The notes beneath the pieces are model-generated. The model was given only the letters and a program-made list of their open reading frames with translations, was not told the DNA's origin and made no database searches. This document shows positions 36,576 to 45,888 of a DNA stretch of 64,000 bases, one piece after another (positions within the stretch are counted from its first letter, which is position 1; every line of letters begins with the position of its first letter). The translations under genes and the position numbers were made by a program. Location: positions 723 through 64,722 of IMG/VR virus record IMGVR_UViG_3300032311_000675; one strand, written 5' to 3'. Source of the DNA: a virus. Its lineage: Duplodnaviria > Caudoviricetes.

Positions 36576-36929
36576 ATGGCATTTAGCGCAACACCATCGG
36601 GCTGGCTGGGAGCGGGTTATACCCTCTCGGGTAGCGGAACTACGGCGGCAATCAATTTCGGGATCAGCGGGAATACCAACGCAACCCTCCCAGAGATCAC
36701 TACTGCCGAGGCCAACGCAACTACTGGCGACATTCGCAAGATTTACTACGGAATAGTGGAACAGCTTTACCAATCCTACCTAGCCAAGGCCACAGCAGAC
36801 AGACCCAACAGGATGACTCTCTCGAAATCCTCAAGCGTTGATGCAACGACTGGGTTAATTACCACCAATTACACCGTTCAGTTCGTTCTGGCCGCTACTG
36901 GGCTGGATGTAACTACTGAATCCGCTTAA
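36576..36929 (+). CDS. Putative small virion structural protein
   Basis: T/A/G/S-rich 117 aa behind a late-type palindrome. Confidence 0.6.
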   Translation: MAFSATPSGWLGAGYTLSGSGTTAAINFGISGNTNATLPEITTAEANATTGDIRKIYYGIVEQLYQSYLAKATADRPNRMTLSKSSSVDATTGLITTNYTVQFVLAATGLDVTTESA

Positions 36930-36945
36930 TTTTCCCACCTTACGC

Positions 36946-36980
36946 TTGACCTCGCTTTTCGTGAAGGTACAAGAAAAGGT
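36946..36980 (+). promoter_or_regulatory. Sigma70-type promoter, likely leaderless
   Basis: TTGACC exactly at -35 of GTG 36981, TACAAG 16 nt later. Confidence 0.45.
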
Positions 36981-37436
36981 GTGAAGCTATATCAGATAGA
37001 GGGAATACCCTCACTTGAGCAGTTGAAGAAGGAGCATCCCTTCACCATTTCTGGAATACTTACCGAGGATGAGAGCCTTGTGGCCTTAGTCGGGCCGAAT
37101 GTGGAAAGCCAGACTTGGACGGCGATGATCTCGATTAAGAAGAATACAGATACTTGGTCGACCAGAGCTTTCCTGTGGTGTCACCCAGAGCCGATGAACA
37201 TCCTTTACGAGAAGTGGGGAGTGGATGTGCAACCTCCGTTCCAATGGGCAAAAATGAAACAGGCACCAGGACACGGACTGGAATGGCAGATCGAGGAGAG
37301 TGCAGGGGATATGACAGACGCTTTAGACAAGACCCTTACGAGCATCACCAAATGCAGACAGGGGACTCGTTTGGCTATGGCTCACTTAAAGGCGGAGGCC
37401 GTCAGACTCCAAGCCAGCCGAGTTAGTCTTAATTAA
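36981..37436 (+). CDS. Hypothetical protein
   Basis: 151-aa ORF. Confidence 0.65.
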   Translation: MKLYQIEGIPSLEQLKKEHPFTISGILTEDESLVALVGPNVESQTWTAMISIKKNTDTWSTRAFLWCHPEPMNILYEKWGVDVQPPFQWAKMKQAPGHGLEWQIEESAGDMTDALDKTLTSITKCRQGTRLAMAHLKAEAVRLQASRVSLN

Positions 37437-37732
37437 AGAATCGTAATCATGCTGGAGGCTTCCAGCAGTTTGAGCTTCGTACTCTTCTCGCCTTTTGGGC
37501 CAAGGATAAGGCCACGCCCACCGACCTTTGTTTTCCCGATAAGGAACTCGCCCTTGTGGCGTTTCGATGGCTCTTTGACCTTCCAGTCTTCGTCCACAAA
37601 TAAAACATCGTTACCAATCCCAATGGCCTCGATATAGCCGCCAACCAGATTTTGGATCCCAGCCAGATCGCCCTTGATTTTGATTTCGCTGATGGCAGGG
37701 GTGGCTTTGGGATCTATTAAAATTGCTCTCAT
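37433..37732 (-). CDS. DUF3846-like protein (start revised)
   Basis: MRAILIDP...LAGIQNLVGGYIE...LFVDED. Confidence 0.75.
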   Translation of the reverse strand: MRAILIDPKATPAISEIKIKGDLAGIQNLVGGYIEAIGIGNDVLFVDEDWKVKEPSKRHKGEFLIGKTKVGGRGLILGPKGEKSTKLKLLEASSMITIL

Positions 37733-37763
37733 ATTTAGAGAGTCCCTTGCTGTTCCGTTTCTT

Positions 37764-37964
37764 TCAACAAATATCAAATAATTGCGTCGCAGAAGTCAGA
37801 AGGATCTCCGCTCCGCTACTATTAACAAAGTCCCACAAGATTTTCGCTATCAATACAGATAAGGTCATCCGTTTTTTAACAGCGTGCTTTTTTAACGCCT
37901 CCTTAAGAAAGCTAGTCGCCCAGAATCCTATAAACTTTCGAGTAGGGTGACGCTTGTTAGGCAT
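37764..37964 (-). CDS. Ribbon-helix-helix (CopG/Arc-like) regulator
   Basis: KFIGFWAT..LKEALKKHAVKKRMTLSVLIAKILWDFV. Confidence 0.65.
   Translation of the reverse strand: MPNKRHPTRKFIGFWATSFLKEALKKHAVKKRMTLSVLIAKILWDFVNSSGAEILLTSATQLFDIC
37782..37792. promoter_or_regulatory. Late-type palindrome TTGCGTCGCAG
   Basis: Centre 37787 is 55 bp upstream of ATG 37732; TTGAAA at -35. Confidence 0.6.
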
Positions 37965-38090
37965 ACCTAGGGCTAGGCAATCAGCTCTTTTTATCAATAG
38001 CAAAAGTATGGTGTTCAACACCTTGCGGTGTTTTCCACCTTTTTTTTTGAGGTTGTGCGATTAACCAATCACCAATTTAATTACAAAAAT

Positions 38091-38714
38091 ATGAGGTTCT
38101 ATTTTATAGATCCTACCGATATCCCCGAAGGGACATCGGGGGTATGTCTAAGCCCTATAATTCATGGCTTTATGACTCTTTCGCACGGATTCGTACACGA
38201 TTGTATGAAGAAATTAAGGTATTGTCCCTCTCGGAGCTTGGTTGATTCTCCGTGGGGAGCGTTACCAGTCGGGTTCAAAGCTGGAGCTGATTGCATCGTG
38301 TTTGAGAAGGATGGCCGTTGGTATGCAAAATCAGAGAGGGGAACTAACACCTATCCGCTCTTCCACGAGGCACAGGTAGAAACAGAGTTCCAGCCTGTCC
38401 TGTCGTGCTGGCGAGGCTCTAGGAAGGGCTGTGTAGACTGCTCCAGAGCCTGTCCAGACATCGACCCCGCAGTCAAAAGACGCCGAGAACTGCAAATGTC
38501 GCCCGCTGTCGTCGCTTCCAAGAGGGCTAAAAAAAGAGTCGAAAGATTTTTGTTGTCATACGAGCCCCATTTAGCAATATCTTCGGAATGTCTCTCCGAG
38601 AAAGTCTCCAATCTGATGAAAGTTTTGGGAGCAAAAGGTGGGAGAGTTAAGAGTGAAAAAAAGCGTCTCGCCGCAAAAGCAAACGCACTCAAACGATGGA
38701 GTGCCAACCGATAG
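38091..38714 (+). CDS. Hypothetical protein with basic KGG-type C-terminus
   Basis: LGAKGGRVKSEKKRLAAKANALKRW; CxxC. Confidence 0.6.
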   Translation: MRFYFIDPTDIPEGTSGVCLSPIIHGFMTLSHGFVHDCMKKLRYCPSRSLVDSPWGALPVGFKAGADCIVFEKDGRWYAKSERGTNTYPLFHEAQVETEFQPVLSCWRGSRKGCVDCSRACPDIDPAVKRRRELQMSPAVVASKRAKKRVERFLLSYEPHLAISSECLSEKVSNLMKVLGAKGGRVKSEKKRLAAKANALKRWSANR

Positions 38715-39042
38715 CTCTCAAATTCGATACAATATTTACTCTCCGCAGAGAGTCCCGCTTGGCATCGACATAGTATTATCTGAGAGTGAAATCGCTCTCC
38801 CAACCGAAAAAAAATCCGAAGTAGAAAAAAAATTTTGGTCAAATGTATCGGTTGGCACTCGCAACCCGTTGAAGGGAACACTCGCTTCCCGACTCTCTCC
38901 ACTCGTACTCGCTAAACGCCTCGGCTTCTCTCTCTGCCAAGTCTTCGAGCTTATCGAAGCTGGCTCAATTATTTGCCGTAACGGACTTATCCCTGCGGAG
39001 GAGGCCGAACGCCTTCTCCAACCCAAAATAGAAAAAGTATAG
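38638..39042 (+). CDS. Possible excisionase-like HTH protein (start uncertain)
   Basis: LSPLVLAKRLGFSLCQVFELIEAGSI...IPAEEAERLL. Confidence 0.45.
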   Translation: MGELRVKKSVSPQKQTHSNDGVPTDSSQIRYNIYSPQRVPLGIDIVLSESEIALPTEKKSEVEKKFWSNVSVGTRNPLKGTLASRLSPLVLAKRLGFSLCQVFELIEAGSIICRNGLIPAEEAERLLQPKIEKV

Positions 39043-39051
39043 GAGAACATC

Positions 39052-39915
39052 ATGACAACTCAGTTAGCAGTTCCAGAAAATCAGTTAGCAGATCCGACTT
39101 TGTTGCATCGTCGCAATATCGCCGTTGCCAACGCCGTCCGTGAAGGGGTGCTTGGCCAGACCATCGAGATCCAAGGAAAGAAATATATCCAGTCCCCAGG
39201 TTGGGCGATGATGGCGAACGCATTTGGTTTTGTAGTCAGCGGTGGCGAGGTTCGCAAGGAAGGCGAAGGGTTTGTTGCCAAAGCCTACCTAAAACGTGTG
39301 GATGACGGAGTAGTGGTAGCAGAAGCCGAAGGATATTGTGACCGCACAGAAACCCGCTGGAAGTCAGCCCCAGAGTATGCAGTTCGCTCAATGGCTCAGA
39401 CTCGTGCGGCGTCCAAGGTTTGTAAGATGGCTCTGGCCTCTTGCGTGCCTTTGATGGGCGTAAAGAACCTCTCTGTCACCCCAGCCGAAGAAGTTCCAGA
39501 AGGTGGCTTCTCTTCTTCCTACGCAAACCAAGCCCCTGTGAAGATCGTCTCTACTCCAGCTCCAGCCCCCAAGCTTGAGATCGTCAAGGAAGAGGAGAAG
39601 TCCCTCAAGAAAGACTTCGCAGAGGCGATTGTTCGGGAAGCCAAGGCGATGCCAAAGCGTGACCCCAACGCCCCGACTCGTGATATGGCTCTGACCTTTG
39701 GGAAGTACAAGGGTCTGACCATTCGCCAAGTTGCCAAGGATGAGGATGGTCTTCGCTACCTCGAATGGCTGGCCTCCCAAGACTTGAAATTGGCCAATGA
39801 CGGCAAGCCTTTCAAAAAGGATGTCGAGCGTAACGAGATCATTGCCGAAGTGCTGATTGAAAACCCCGAGAAACCTCAAGGAGGAGCCGATGAATCTGAT
39901 GACCTCCCCTTCTGA
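39052..39915 (+). CDS. Putative ssDNA-annealing protein with DUF3820-like module and acidic tail
   Basis: IQGKKY...AEAEG.C...RW...YAVRSMAQTRA; FGKYKG...YLEWL; DDLPF end. Confidence 0.7.
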   Translation: MTTQLAVPENQLADPTLLHRRNIAVANAVREGVLGQTIEIQGKKYIQSPGWAMMANAFGFVVSGGEVRKEGEGFVAKAYLKRVDDGVVVAEAEGYCDRTETRWKSAPEYAVRSMAQTRAASKVCKMALASCVPLMGVKNLSVTPAEEVPEGGFSSSYANQAPVKIVSTPAPAPKLEIVKEEEKSLKKDFAEAIVREAKAMPKRDPNAPTRDMALTFGKYKGLTIRQVAKDEDGLRYLEWLASQDLKLANDGKPFKKDVERNEIIAEVLIENPEKPQGGADESDDLPF

Positions 39916-40063
39916 TTTTTCGATCTGGAAAGAACTCCTGTCATGGATCCACACCATCGTCTTTGTCTTGCTTGGCGTAGGGCTGGGGGTGTCGGGTCTC
40001 GTTTTCTTGGTGGCTTGCTTTTGCACAGCCATCGACTGGGTGCGGAAGGAGCTAATAGATTGA
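39890..40063 (+). CDS. Small membrane protein
   Basis: Long hydrophobic segment, SD GGAGGAG. Confidence 0.55.
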   Translation: MNLMTSPSDFSIWKELLSWIHTIVFVLLGVGLGVSGLVFLVACFCTAIDWVRKELID

Positions 40064-40074
40064 AAATAAATAAA

Positions 40075-40257
40075 ATGAAGACTGCCTCAATCAAGGAGGC
40101 CATCGACAGGCTTGAGGCAATGCGAAGCGGTAAGTGGACGGCTGAACAGGACAAGAAGACTTGGACTGAATTCCCAAAAGGTCGGGAGACTGGAAGCCTC
40201 TACTACAAACATCTGCAATCTGAAATACAGGCGAGAGCCTCGGAGGGTGCAATATGA
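40075..40257 (+). CDS. Hypothetical protein
   Basis: Coupled to the downstream gene. Confidence 0.55.
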   Translation: MKTASIKEAIDRLEAMRSGKWTAEQDKKTWTEFPKGRETGSLYYKHLQSEIQARASEGAI

Positions 40258-41339
40258 CATTTGATGACGGACGGATGGGGCTTCCTAGTGCATCGAAGGC
40301 CGAGCGGTGGACAAACTGCGTCGGGTCGGTGCAGTTGGAAGAACTGATCCCAGACGCAGAGCAGGGACCAGAGGCAAGAAGAGGGGATCGGATTCACCTC
40401 GCCTTGGCTGACGGAAAGGTCAATGACCTACCCAACGCCGACGAGGTGGAGTGTGCCGAGCTTTTGCAAGAGATGGAAAAGCAAGCCGTGGAGGCATTCC
40501 GTCTTGAGGTCAAGGCCGTTGACGAAACTTTTAAGGGCAAGCTGACCGCCAGCAGGGAACAGCGACTTGTTTTGAAGCGTGGGGAAACCCCGCTGATGAC
40601 AGGGAAGCCCGACCTTGTTCTGTGGACGGATACCATTGTTAAGCGTGGGCTGATCGTAGACTACAAGACAGGGATGGGGATCGTTCCCACCGAGAAGAGC
40701 CACCAGCTTCGGGTGTTGGCATTCTTGGCGGCGGACGAATACGGACTCGAGGAGGTCTATGTGACTATCCTCCAGCCGAACAACCCGATCGTCTTGCAAA
40801 AGATGACTCGGTCGGAGATCCGACTGGAGCGGGAACGCACCTTGTTGGCCTTGGACAGGATCGCAGACAAGTCTGCCTATCGCCAAGTTGGGCCTTGGTG
40901 TCAGTACTGCAAAGCCACAGGGATCTGCCCAGAGGCACAGGAAGCCACAAAGTCCCTCACGACCACAGGATCAACAGCGGTTATCGACCCCAGCCAGCTC
41001 CCAAGGCTTCTGGAGGTCTGCACCTTGGCTGAATCCGTGATTGAGAATGTTCGCAAGCGGGCAAGGGAGATCCTTGACGCTGGAGGCGAGATTCCTGGTT
41101 GGAAGTTAATCAACAGCAAGCGGAGATCCATCACCAGCTCTGCATCGGCGTATCACCTCATCAAAGAGGCGTTCGGCGAAGAAGTGGCGATGGGTGCTTC
41201 CTCTGTTTCGTTGACGGATGCGACAAGGAGCTTGGCGTCCAAGGCGGGTCTCAAGGAGAAGGAGGCAAAAGCAAAAATCGAGTCGGTGCTGGCCGACATC
41301 ATTGAAATGAAACAATCACAACGACTGATGAGGTCGTAA
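40254..41339 (+). CDS. DUF2800/Cas4-like PD-(D/E)XK exonuclease
   Basis: SAS...W..C.GS, G..IH, GKPD, IVDYKTG, QL, WCQYCKA...CP. Confidence 0.85.
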   Translation: MTFDDGRMGLPSASKAERWTNCVGSVQLEELIPDAEQGPEARRGDRIHLALADGKVNDLPNADEVECAELLQEMEKQAVEAFRLEVKAVDETFKGKLTASREQRLVLKRGETPLMTGKPDLVLWTDTIVKRGLIVDYKTGMGIVPTEKSHQLRVLAFLAADEYGLEEVYVTILQPNNPIVLQKMTRSEIRLERERTLLALDRIADKSAYRQVGPWCQYCKATGICPEAQEATKSLTTTGSTAVIDPSQLPRLLEVCTLAESVIENVRKRAREILDAGGEIPGWKLINSKRRSITSSASAYHLIKEAFGEEVAMGASSVSLTDATRSLASKAGLKEKEAKAKIESVLADIIEMKQSQRLMRS

Positions 41340-41347
41340 GGAGAATT

Positions 41348-41839
41348 ATGGAATCCACATACGAAAAGATTAAGACTCTAGTAGCTGGTTCAGAGGTCAG
41401 TCTTTTGAACGAGCAGATCTGGCAACAGCACAAAACGATCATGTTCCTTGAGGAGCGTGTGACGGCATTTGAGCGAATGATGCACGCCTACACAAGGGTC
41501 ACGATGGATCTAGCAAAAGAGGTTCGCTTTCAGATCACTCTTGAGGGGATGAGAACCACCCCAAGGAAAAGATACGGAAGATCGCCAGAAGAGGTCGCAA
41601 AGCGGTGGGCAGAATGGAAGGCCTTGTCAGATGGAGGTATGCCAGCAATTCAGATTGCAAAACGCTACAAGGTGGACAAGGCAACTGTTACATACGCAAA
41701 GCGAAAAGGGTACACCGTTGTCCCGCATAAAACCAAAAGCTCAGTTCCACAGAGCCTTATCGGTCACGAGCTTGTTTCACTCCCGCCAACCCGCAAAGGC
41801 CCCCGCAGACAGAAAGAACTAATGAGGCTGGCGGCGTGA
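41348..41839 (+). CDS. HTH DNA-binding protein
   Basis: GMPAIQIAKRYKVDKATVTYA. Confidence 0.65.
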   Translation: MESTYEKIKTLVAGSEVSLLNEQIWQQHKTIMFLEERVTAFERMMHAYTRVTMDLAKEVRFQITLEGMRTTPRKRYGRSPEEVAKRWAEWKALSDGGMPAIQIAKRYKVDKATVTYAKRKGYTVVPHKTKSSVPQSLIGHELVSLPPTRKGPRRQKELMRLAA

Positions 41840-42045
41840 AGGCAGACGAAAAGGCAATCAAGGCTCTTTCGAGCCTAAAGGAATCCAACGCCACCTATCT
41901 GGTGTTGGTCGAGTTCCAAGAAAGCCCCGATGTGTTTGTCGACAGCCGTGGAGATCAGACGAAAGGACAGCGAAGCAAGTTCATGCAAGCCCTGTACCAC
42001 CATTGGTCTGGGCAACCCAAAGCAAAGGAGAAAGACGATGAATAG
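41836..42045 (+). CDS. Hypothetical protein
   Basis: Coupled ORF. Confidence 0.6.
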   Translation: MKADEKAIKALSSLKESNATYLVLVEFQESPDVFVDSRGDQTKGQRSKFMQALYHHWSGQPKAKEKDDE

Positions 42046-42310
42046 GCCTCAAAAAACCAAACCCGAGCAAGTCATTGGATCCGCACGGAAGCAGACGAAC
42101 TTCTGGCAGAACGTGGTTGCCCTCTACGCCTTTCGATATGGGGCGATGGAGATCACCGAGGAGTGTGCTTTTGAAGTGCTAAAAAGCACTGAGCAAGCCG
42201 TGGTGGATCTGGATAGGACAGGGGAAAACCTCGTCGTCTCGCTTCGTGGAAACAAGCGGAGCGTCTTGCAGAAACTGAAAGCGTGCTGGCAAACATGGAA
42301 TTCAAACTAA
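42038..42310 (+). CDS. Hypothetical protein (start revised)
   Basis: SD AAGGAG before ATG 42038. Confidence 0.55.
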   Translation: MNRPQKTKPEQVIGSARKQTNFWQNVVALYAFRYGAMEITEECAFEVLKSTEQAVVDLDRTGENLVVSLRGNKRSVLQKLKACWQTWNSN

Positions 42311-42693
42311 ACATCGAACCCAAGACGATTCAGTCTGGTCTCCGCTTCTCTAGCAAGGGCGGTAGGCCAAGGGTGTTCCGTGACTCCTCTTCCAAGGCCT
42401 ATGTGCGGGAGCTGATCTTTGCTTCCAAGCAGTACGCCAAGGAGCAGATCCAAGGACCCCTTCGGTGCGATGTTACTTTTGTACTAAGGCGACCCCAAAG
42501 GCTTAAGGCCAGCGGGCGTCAGCCAGCTCCAGTCCGTCCAGACAGGGACAACCTACTCAAACCACTACAGGACGCCCTTACCCAAGCGATGTTCTGGGTG
42601 GATGACAGCCAGATCGTTGCTGGCGAAACCTTAAAACTATATGCGGGGAAGACAGAAAAGCCCTGCATCGAAGTAAAGATTACAAAACTATGA
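42295..42693 (+). CDS. rusA: RusA Holliday junction resolvase
   Basis: RPDRDNLLKPLQDALT...WVDDSQIV. Confidence 0.9.
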   Translation: MEFKLNIEPKTIQSGLRFSSKGGRPRVFRDSSSKAYVRELIFASKQYAKEQIQGPLRCDVTFVLRRPQRLKASGRQPAPVRPDRDNLLKPLQDALTQAMFWVDDSQIVAGETLKLYAGKTEKPCIEVKITKL

Positions 42694-43487
42694 AACTACC
42701 TTGGATTAAATTCTTCCCATCCGACTGGCTCTCCGACGAAAGCCTTCGCTCTTGCTCGATTGGGGCAAGGGGTCTCTGGATGGATCTACTGGCAATGATG
42801 GCAAAGTCCAATACCCACGGATTCTTGCTGATAGGTGGAACCCCAGCATCCGTGGAGCAAATAGCTCGGATTGTTGGAGAGGATTCCCAGACCACCAGGA
42901 AGTTGCTTGAGGAGCTTGAGGCCAATGGAGTTTTCAGCAGGGACGAAAAGAATGTCGTTTTTTCAAGGAGAATGCGGAGGGATGAAGCTGTAAGGGAGTC
43001 GGATCGGGAACGCCAGATCCGCCACAGATCCAAAGATGCTGAATGTCCCCAAAGGGACATATCCCCAAAGAGTAGCAAGCCTACTCGTGAAGAGTGGCTT
43101 GAGCACGCAAATACCATCAAGGGCTGGAATGCTGGGGATGCGGAGAAGGCTTTTGACTACTACGAAGCCAACGGCTGGAAGCTAGGTGGTCGTAGTGCTG
43201 TCCTAGACTGGAAAGCTTGTGCTAGGAACTGCGCCCGCAGATCCGATTCCTCGGGTGTAAGTCCAAAACAAGTCCAAGCCCAAAAGCCAGCCGTCAAATC
43301 ATCGTGCGACAGCCCTCGGCCAAAGCCGATTGACTACAACTCCGTGGATGTGGTCGTTGGCCTAATCGGAACTGCAGTAAGAGAAAGACTTAGTTTAGCG
43401 ATGCTCCAAGCGTCAACGCCGAAGGCTGTCTGGGAAAGAGCATTCCAGATGGCAAATGCAAATAAGGAGGCCGTATGCCAACGCTAA
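42690..43487 (+). CDS. Phage replication initiator protein
   Basis: PWIKFFPSDWLSD...ARGLWMDLL...SRRM; C-terminal FDYYEANGW...DWKA. Confidence 0.8.
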   Translation: MKLPWIKFFPSDWLSDESLRSCSIGARGLWMDLLAMMAKSNTHGFLLIGGTPASVEQIARIVGEDSQTTRKLLEELEANGVFSRDEKNVVFSRRMRRDEAVRESDRERQIRHRSKDAECPQRDISPKSSKPTREEWLEHANTIKGWNAGDAEKAFDYYEANGWKLGGRSAVLDWKACARNCARRSDSSGVSPKQVQAQKPAVKSSCDSPRPKPIDYNSVDVVVGLIGTAVRERLSLAMLQASTPKAVWERAFQMANANKEAVCQR

Positions 43488-43879
43488 CCACCAGAGAAAA
43501 GGTATCCGAACTATCCAAGAAAAAGACCGAGTGGCTCGAAAACGAGCTGAACTCTCCCGAGATGCAGAAGACCATCCTCTCTGTGTTGAAGGAGGGTCTT
43601 GGAGCAACCAAGTTTCAATGGGACGGACAAAGGCAACAGGCCGACGAGGTCGTGGATTTCCCAACCCGCCTCAAGTCTTGCGAACTTGCCTTGGCCTACG
43701 CCATCGGACGCCCGATGGAACGCCAGCAGATCATGGTCGCTCATCAACAGATTAAGGATCCCGCAGAGCTGGTTAAAGGATCGCCAGCCCTCAAAGAAGC
43801 GCTTCGAGAACTCCTCGATGAGAAAGAAGAAACCCACACCATAAAGTCACAAAACATAAAAGAGGTCACAAAACAATGA
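43475..43879 (+). CDS. Hypothetical protein, possible small terminase-like
   Basis: DFPTRLKSCELALAYAIGRP helix pattern. Confidence 0.45.
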   Translation: MPTLTTREKVSELSKKKTEWLENELNSPEMQKTILSVLKEGLGATKFQWDGQRQQADEVVDFPTRLKSCELALAYAIGRPMERQQIMVAHQQIKDPAELVKGSPALKEALRELLDEKEETHTIKSQNIKEVTKQ

Positions 43880-44190
43880 TATCACAACAAGATCTAACCA
43901 CAGGAATGGTCGCCGCCCTCGGGTTGCGAGTAAAGAAGGTGGAGGAACGAGTCGAAGTCCTTGAAGGGAAGCGTCTCGTAAAGCCCACCGAAACCGATGA
44001 CGATCAACTTGAAAAGGAATGCCAGAATGTTGGCGTTTCGATGGACATCGTCCTACGCCACGACCGATATGGCGTTGGAGCTGATGCCCGATACCAAGTC
44101 GCTCGCAATTTAAGCAAGTTGGGCTGGGACACTCGAAGGATCTCTAGGGTTCTTCGTCGGTCAGTTCGCTCAATCCAGAGGATGATATGA
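43876..44190 (+). CDS. DnaA-C-terminal-like HTH protein
   Basis: ARYQVARNLSKLGWDTRRISRVLRRSVRSI. Confidence 0.55.
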   Translation: MISQQDLTTGMVAALGLRVKKVEERVEVLEGKRLVKPTETDDDQLEKECQNVGVSMDIVLRHDRYGVGADARYQVARNLSKLGWDTRRISRVLRRSVRSIQRMI

Positions 44191-44450
44191 CCGAAGAACT
44201 GCTGTCTAAATACGAGCTTATGTTGAGCAGAGCAAGACGACTTGACGAAGTGTATGCAGATTCCCTTGTGAGCATCTTGCCCCTCAAAGACGAGGAGCAT
44301 TACAGCTGGTTTTTCGACAGGAAAGTACCTTTGTACGAGGAGAGGCTTATTCGCCACCCATTCCTAACCAAAAAGACTCGGCTGTGGATGCGGAAGGTTC
44401 GGGAAATGGAGCTTAATCATAATTTCGTACCCAATTTCAAAATGTTATGA
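44187..44450 (+). CDS. Hypothetical protein
   Basis: Coupled ORF. Confidence 0.55.
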   Translation: MTEELLSKYELMLSRARRLDEVYADSLVSILPLKDEEHYSWFFDRKVPLYEERLIRHPFLTKKTRLWMRKVREMELNHNFVPNFKML

Positions 44451-44773
44451 CCGAACCACTTCAAGCCTTAGACTTTATACGAGACAACGCCTTGCCGTTG
44501 GCACAGGCCAAGGCCAACCGCATCTATCTGGAGGAATTCAGAAAGACCAAGAAGGCGATGCTGATGCGGGATGCCAGCGACGATGGGATGGTCACAATCG
44601 CCGCCCAGGAGCGAGAGGCCTACTCCCACGAAGAGTACCAGAAGCTGTTGCTTGGATTGAAGGAAGCCGTCCAAGAAGAGGAGCGTCTGCGTTGGCTGAT
44701 GATTGGAGCGCAAGCCAAGATCGAGGTCTGGCGGTCGTTTGAGTCATCCAAGCGGGCGGAGATGCGACTATGA
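44447..44773 (+). CDS. Conserved-type helical phage protein
   Basis: LAQAKANRIYLEEFRKTKKA...QEREAY...IEVWRS. Confidence 0.7.
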   Translation: MTEPLQALDFIRDNALPLAQAKANRIYLEEFRKTKKAMLMRDASDDGMVTIAAQEREAYSHEEYQKLLLGLKEAVQEEERLRWLMIGAQAKIEVWRSFESSKRAEMRL

Positions 44774-44976
44774 GCGTGAAGAGATTTTCTAGGCTATTGG
44801 ACAGCCTTGACCATGGGAACAGGCTCCTTCGTGCAGTCTTGAAGTCAGCCCCGACTCCAATGGCTCACACGCTTCAAGAGTGCCTCAATCACTACGAAGC
44901 CGTCACCCTAATGGCAAAAGAGTCGCTTGAGCTTGCCAAGAGGCACAAGGCCAAGGCTCTGGAGGAACGGATGTGA
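44770..44976 (+). CDS. Hypothetical protein
   Basis: Coupled ORF. Confidence 0.55.
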   Translation: MSVKRFSRLLDSLDHGNRLLRAVLKSAPTPMAHTLQECLNHYEAVTLMAKESLELAKRHKAKALEERM

Positions 44977-45494
44977 TTGTTGTCCGTTTAGAGAAGTACG
45001 AAGCCGAGGTGGCTGTCCTAGTAGGTTCGGCTAGAAACAAGTCTGCTCTAAATAAGGAGTCGAAGGACGTATACCCAGTTAACCCTGTTATGTCTTGGGG
45101 TCAGCACGTCGAGGCCGCTGGGGCTGAAATGGCGGTGGCAAAGTACCTAGGTCTTTACTGGGATGGATCCGTGGACACCTACCGATCGGGTAGCGGGGAT
45201 CTGCCCTATACCCAAATTGACGTTAAGCATTCACAGGACGGCAAGTGGAAGGTTAAGGATCGTGATGAAGGAGAACTGATTCTCGTTAAGGGAGTCATGC
45301 CCGAATACACGATTGAGGCCTACTGCATCACGGATGAGGTAAAAAGGGCTTCTGACCCTTGCAAGATGGGCGAATCTAAACTCTGGTTTATTTCGGACAG
45401 GGTAAAGAGAAAGGATCTTGAAGGCCTAAAGAAGACTCTTTGGAGGAGGGCATTTGACGCACGGCAAGCGTCTCCGCCCTGTGAGGTTAAATGA
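44973..45494 (+). CDS. Hypothetical protein, possible PD-(D/E)XK fold
   Basis: AEMAVAKYLG...GDL...IDVK. Confidence 0.6.
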   Translation: MIVVRLEKYEAEVAVLVGSARNKSALNKESKDVYPVNPVMSWGQHVEAAGAEMAVAKYLGLYWDGSVDTYRSGSGDLPYTQIDVKHSQDGKWKVKDRDEGELILVKGVMPEYTIEAYCITDEVKRASDPCKMGESKLWFISDRVKRKDLEGLKKTLWRRAFDARQASPPCEVK

Positions 45495-45664
45495 GGGCTT
45501 TAGCTTGGACTCTCTATTGGATTGGGGACTTCATATCCAACACCATCCTGCGGTTCGGTTGGGGCTATTCGATTTACAACAAGGTCATGGGCTGGTCTTT
45601 AAGCCTTGATAAAGACGAGGCCATTTGGAGGAAGATTAAAAACGAGTCCTCTTGGATTAAATGA
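45491..45664 (+). CDS. 57-aa protein (not in ORF track)
   Basis: MRALAWTLYWIGDFIS...YNKVMGWS; ATGA coupling at both ends. Confidence 0.6.
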   Translation: MRALAWTLYWIGDFISNTILRFGWGYSIYNKVMGWSLSLDKDEAIWRKIKNESSWIK

Positions 45665-45888
45665 CCTCCTACTTACCATCTCCTCGCTGGGTTCAGACGC
45701 CCCTAGGACAGGCTCTATGGATTGCCACCATCGACTACGGAATTTCACATAACCCTATTTACTTGGTCGAGATCTGCTCAACAGGGGAACACCGATGCGT
45801 GGACATGAGGGAGATCCGAGGAATGGAGAATTACACCTTTGATATCAATAGGCCAGAGATGGCCAGAAAGAGAGACGAGTGGCTATGA
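45661..45888 (+). CDS. Hypothetical protein
   Basis: WVQTPLGQA...IDYG. Confidence 0.65.
   Translation: MTSYLPSPRWVQTPLGQALWIATIDYGISHNPIYLVEICSTGEHRCVDMREIRGMENYTFDINRPEMARKRDEWL

Larger units (their letters stand above)
25186..37757 (-). promoter_or_regulatory. 16 dispersed copies of early-type motif G(C/G)AACAC-N4-GGACTC-N6-[A+1]
   Basis: Copies lie directly 5' of positions 25185, 26269, 26749, 27450, 27972, 28588, 29278, 30573, 31188, 32664, 33085, 34007, 34810, 36108, 36484, 37732. Confidence 0.85.

Noticed and set aside
25186-37757. Early motif as a CRISPR array or integron-like cassette recombination site
   Set aside because: Spacing is irregular and gene-sized, there is no dyad symmetry, the distance to +1 is fixed, and some copies lie inside coding ends. 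A secondary role as a recombination hotspot is not excluded.
40254-41339. Cas4 as a sign of a CRISPR system
   Set aside because: It sits in an SSAP-nuclease recombination operon with no array or other cas genes
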